Assembly (NCBI RefSeq): GCF_035084215.1
Contig: NW_027139217.1
Location: forward strand, 186,001-250,000
DNA length: 64,000 nucleotides
Reading direction: 5' to 3'
Source of the DNA: Heptranchias perlo
Lineage: Eukaryota
Position 1 is the first letter of the stretch. Each line of letters opens with the position of its first letter. Under the pieces are notes generated by a model. The model saw only the letters and a list, made by a program, of their open reading frames with translations. It was not told where the DNA came from and did no database searches. Shown here in pieces: positions 59,601-64,000 of this stretch. The position numbers were made by a program, and so were the translations under genes.

Positions 59601-62600
59601 GGGGTCACAGTGACCCGGGGGAGGGGAGGGTCCAATCACAGTGACCGGGGGGAGGGGAGGGTCCGATCACAGTGACCGGGGGGAGGGGAGGGTCTCAGTG
59701 ACCCGGGGGAGGAGAGGGTCCGGTCACAGTGACCCGGGGGAGGGGGGGGTCACAGTGACCCGGGGGAGGGGAGGGTCCAATCACAGTGACCGGGGGGAGG
59801 GGAGGGTCCGGTCACAGTGACCCGGGGGAGGGGAGGGTCACAGTGACCCGGGGGAGGGGAGGGTCCAATCACAGTGACCGGGGGGAGGGGAGGTTCCGGT
59901 CACAGTGACCCGGGGGAGGGGAGGGTCCGGTCACAGTGACCCGGGGGAGGGGAGGGTCACAGTGACCCCGGGCGGGGTGGGGGGAGGATGGGAAAAGCAG
60001 AGCCCGAGGGAAAGGACAAACACTGCCGGAGTTCCCCAGGCTCCCTCAGTAAAGGTGGTCCCATCTTTCCTGGGTTCGGGTGGGTATTGGAGGGACTGGA
60101 CAGCAGACTCTGTGACTCTCAGCACTCCCTTATTTGCCTTGCTAAAGACGGATGCGCCCTGGGACTGGACGCCTGCCTGCACAGAGGCAGTGGGGAAACT
60201 AAAAGCTGCTCTTCACACAGCTCCCGTCTTACAACAGCCACCCCAGAAGGCCCTTCCTCACTCCAAGTGGCAGTTTCCGAGTTTGCTCTGCCAGCTGGAT
60301 TGCTGCAGGAGACACCGGGGAAGTTGTGTCCTGTAGCGTGTGTCTCCTGGGTCCTAAGGCCGGTCCAGGTTAATTATTCAGCAGGTGAAGGGCACGTCTC
60401 AGCCACATTCTGGACCGGTGCAGCTTTTCACTGACATCATTGGCCGAGCATTTGTTCACATCTCACTCCCCGACCGAGTTATTGTTCGATGGGAGATTGA
60501 AAGATGGGTCAGTCTCAATAACTGACCAGTGAGGTGGACCTTCCTCCTCCAGGGTAGAGATACCGTGGACAAACACACCAGAGACTGACCCGAACTGACC
60601 CGGAAAGCTGCTGTATCAGGGTCGGCCCCACCGTTATAAGGTAACCACCGATCTGGGGAATGGACCGATTCAAGGCCCAGAAAATTCCCAACTCTACTCC
60701 AGTGTTTGTTGGCGGCTCCTGACGAGCAAAGAGAGGGGTTACACCTAACTGGCTGTGGGATATATTTCCACAACAGGGAAAGGAGATCTCCCGACTGTGA
60801 CCATCCCCGCTCTGGGCTCAAACAGCTGAATCAGCAGTGATTATCGAGATGATGACCCAGATGAGCCAGGTTCAGCTCCCAGCCGCCATCGATTCAGATT
60901 CCCGGACGGAATCCTCACCCATCTGGGAAAAGAGAGGTTTTCCATCAGCGGATGGGAAGCTTTTCCCATCGGCCCCCCCCACTACTTCAGTCCGTTTCCT
61001 CACACATTAAATCGTACGCAGGGCAAATTACATCACAGAAAGTTAAAGCTCACACCAGGAACGGGAGTGGGTGGGAAGGAAATGAGAGGGCAGAGCAGTT
61101 GGTCAAAGAAGGGGGAGAGAATGGAATTCAGTGGGACCCTCGAACGAGAGCTTCCCCAGCAGAGATTGTGACCTTCCTGAAAGATCCTCTGACTCTGGGG
61201 GATTTGAAGGAGACGCAGGCTGAGGAGATCCAAATCCAGCAAGTGATTAATTCACTGGAGGAGGGAATCTCCCCTCCGAGCCCGGGTGAAGGGAGAAAGG
61301 GATTAACAGTTAAGGCTGGTTTATTATTCCGGGTCGGAGCATGGGTCGGACTGGAGGGCTTAAGGAATCACTTCCTTTATCAGGCACACCAGGCACCTAC
61401 AGTGTGACATTCTGGTCCAGTCACAACTCTCACCCCATTAAAGGGGCAGTCTGGTGATCTGACAGTCTGGTGATCTGACAGTCTGGTGATCTGGCAGTGT
61501 GGTGATCTGGCAGTCTGGTGATCTGGCAGTCTGGTGATCTGACGGTCCGGTGATCTGCCGGTCTGGTGATCTGGCAGTCTGGTGATCTGGCAGTCTGGTT
61601 ATCTGGCAGTCTGGTGATCTGGCAGTCCGGTGATCTGGCAGTCTGGTGATCTGCCAGTCCGGTGATCTGGCGGTCTGGTGATCTGGCGGTCTGGTGATCT
61701 GGCAGTCTGGTGGTCTGGTGATCTGGCAGTCTGGTGATCTGACAGTCCGGTGATCCATTGATTCAGACCAAGGAAGTCATTTCACCGGGGAGGAGATGCA
61801 GCACGCTGGGGGTTAAAATGTACGTTAATGGAAAAGTGCGGCCTGTGGAATGGGACAGATCGGCCAACAGGTTCTGGTCAAGACTTATGACCAGACCGGC
61901 CCATTCTCTGCGACCTATCAAGGCCCAGACCCATAGTGGACAAGGCCAGCCCATCGCTGTACAAGGTGATGATGGGCAAAAGGAAAAGTGGTTCCATGTT
62001 AACCAGCGAAAAGCATTTCCCAACCAGAATCCGCCCCCAGCAGGTTCAATAAATGAAATCCCATTGGACAATATCCCATGGGGGGAACGACCCCGGTGTT
62101 GGGACGATGAGCCCTTCCCCCGAGCTCCATCGTCATCACCAGAGAGAAGGGGCCGACAGCAATTGAGAGGGAGACGACTATCTCTCCCTGCCCAGGATGT
62201 CATTAAAGGGGAAGCGATCCTGGGGACAACCCTTATGAGGTTCCGAAGGGAAAGAGAGGGAGGATCAGGGATTAACAAAGAACAGCCATTACTGCCCGTG
62301 TTTTCTCTTTCTCCTGATGTGTAGACTGTTAAAGACCAAGTCTCCTGGGGTGGCTGTTCAACATGAAACGATCAACACTTCTCAATATCTCCATCTGGGT
62401 CTACGGATACACAACGTCCTAAGTCAGACCACTTCTGCCCACTGGGACTCTCCACAACTGATACACCCCCCAAATGTTTGGAGATCATGAAGGGTGGAGA
62501 TTGTTTATAACATTGGACAATATCCGTGGGTCAGGATCACATCGATGTTGTTATTGATAATTCAGATTGGACTGGTGATTGTTGCACTCGGGATTTTTAA

Positions 62601-64000
62601 ATCGACCTGACACAGACAGAGACAAATAGTCCCTGCTCGACAACAAGTGGAAATGGAACGGTGATATGGCTTCCACCAATGATCATCCTTTGTCTAATGT
62701 CCTGTTAGATACTGCACAAGTGTGAGTATCCGTTCGTTCAGACTGTACGAGCACTCGACAATCAGCGATGATCAGATCACTCATTAAAAGTGGATCTGGA
62801 TCAATCTGATCCACTCGAGGAGGGAGTGTCGAGATTGATGAATAAAAGGACTGAAGGGAAATGTTGAAGGTCAGCATGCTGGTGCATCATGGGATATTTG
62901 ACCATGTTGTGCTCCACTGTGTTGAGCGAGAGACATTCTTTGTAAATTTAACAGTGACCTTGTCTTCGAGCGATCCTGTGGAAACTTAATGTGGGACAGA
63001 AACCGCCTACGAGGAAGAAGAGCTCAGACGCGTGTGGGGGAACCTCCAGAGATGGAGGGAGCTGATCACTCCTTGATTCTGGGTGCAGTACAGTCCGAAC
63101 AAAGGTTGCATGGATTTGGCCACTGAATGATATTGTAAATTTAGTTACTGAGTTTTGTTAAACTCTGTAATCGAAATTGGGATTGTGTATTGAGTATTTA
63201 TTTTTGTTTTAATAAAGTGAACAAAAAGGGAAGTACTCTTTGCGTCTGACTAATTTTATCTCTAAGTTTATCTAAGTTGAGCCGAGCCTCACAGGGTTAA
63301 TGGGAAACTCCGACACTGGGGATTGACTCTGGGCCCTGCCTGGTGTGTGACTCAGAGAGTTCACCCAGTCAGTAGCTGAGCCCAGGGACAATCCCCAGTC
63401 TGCAATCCCCCATCGGAGAACTCATCTCTTCCCCTTTCTGTTCCTCACTATCACCCGTCACTAATCACAAAACACACACTTACTGAGTTTTCCTCCACAT
63501 TTATTTCCAGATGTTAAACTTCTCACATTTGAGGTGTTGAAATAACGTGACTCTTAAAACATACAAAGATACGAGAAATGACGGCCAGGAAAAGACACTC
63601 TGGTCCATCAAGCCTGACCCACAACTACCAAGCCTTGTGTATCACAATATATCGACTCCCCACCCCACCCGAGACCACGTGATCTCCTGGGAGAGGCAGA
63701 AAAACAGATTAAAAACACAGGCAATTTGGGGAAATAAATCGGGGAAATTCCTCTCCGACCCCCTTAGGCGATGGGAACTCGTCCAGGAGATCACTCTGGC
63801 CCTGATACGGCCCTGCATTACAAGGCGATTGCTTTTCCACTCCTACTCTGCGGACACCATCTGAACACAGGGTCTCGGAGCCTGGTCTCCGACCATCTCC
63901 AGTCCAGCTCTGTCCCAGCAGACACTCCCTGAACATTCGGCAATGATTGAAACCAGTCGGTGGATTGTCCAGAGTTCCCACTTCCGTCTCGTGACAGCTT
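56407..64000 (+). repeat. Segmental (tandem) duplication of 16300-23713
   Basis: Colinear, near-identical sequence including the flank beyond the 3' LTR. Offset ~40.1-40.3 kb. Runs to the window end. Confidence 0.97.
56670..63315 (+). mobile_element. Degenerate LTR retroelement, copy 2 (LTRs 56670-56967 and 63053-63315)
   Basis: Nearly identical to 16563-23028. It has the same internal minisatellites (58205-58642, 59250-59970, 61446-61755) with different copy numbers. Confidence 0.88.

Overview
Eukaryotic, repeat-rich window, most likely from a cartilaginous fish (shark) MHC class I gene cluster. One MHC class I heavy-chain gene of UAA-like lineage lies on the + strand. It has an ISRE/X/Y promoter at ~41.3-41.5 kb and leader, alpha1, alpha2, alpha3 and TM exons at 42993-55870, all with phase-1 GT-AG junctions. 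No cytoplasmic exons are visible for it. The last cytoplasmic exon of an upstream paralogue sits at 15224-15270, just after a ~15 kb (CT)n/GTGCGC satellite and an assembly gap. A ~7.4 kb block (L2 fragment, degenerate LTR retroelement with two RNase H domains, and flank) occurs twice about 40 kb apart (16300-23713 and 56407-64000), indicating tandem ~40 kb class I cassettes. The rest is CR1/L2 LINEs, a Gmr1-type Gypsy remnant, probable DIRS and Harbinger remnants, a Penelope-type end with a minimal hammerhead ribozyme, and about 20 minisatellites. The giant ORFs in the ORF track are repeat artefacts. I see no CRISPR array and no wholly new multi-gene system. The best leads are the apparently tail-less class I gene, the ERE/heptamer palindrome array, the dual-RNase H retroelement and the ribozyme. 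All family assignments come from recalled motifs, not database searches.
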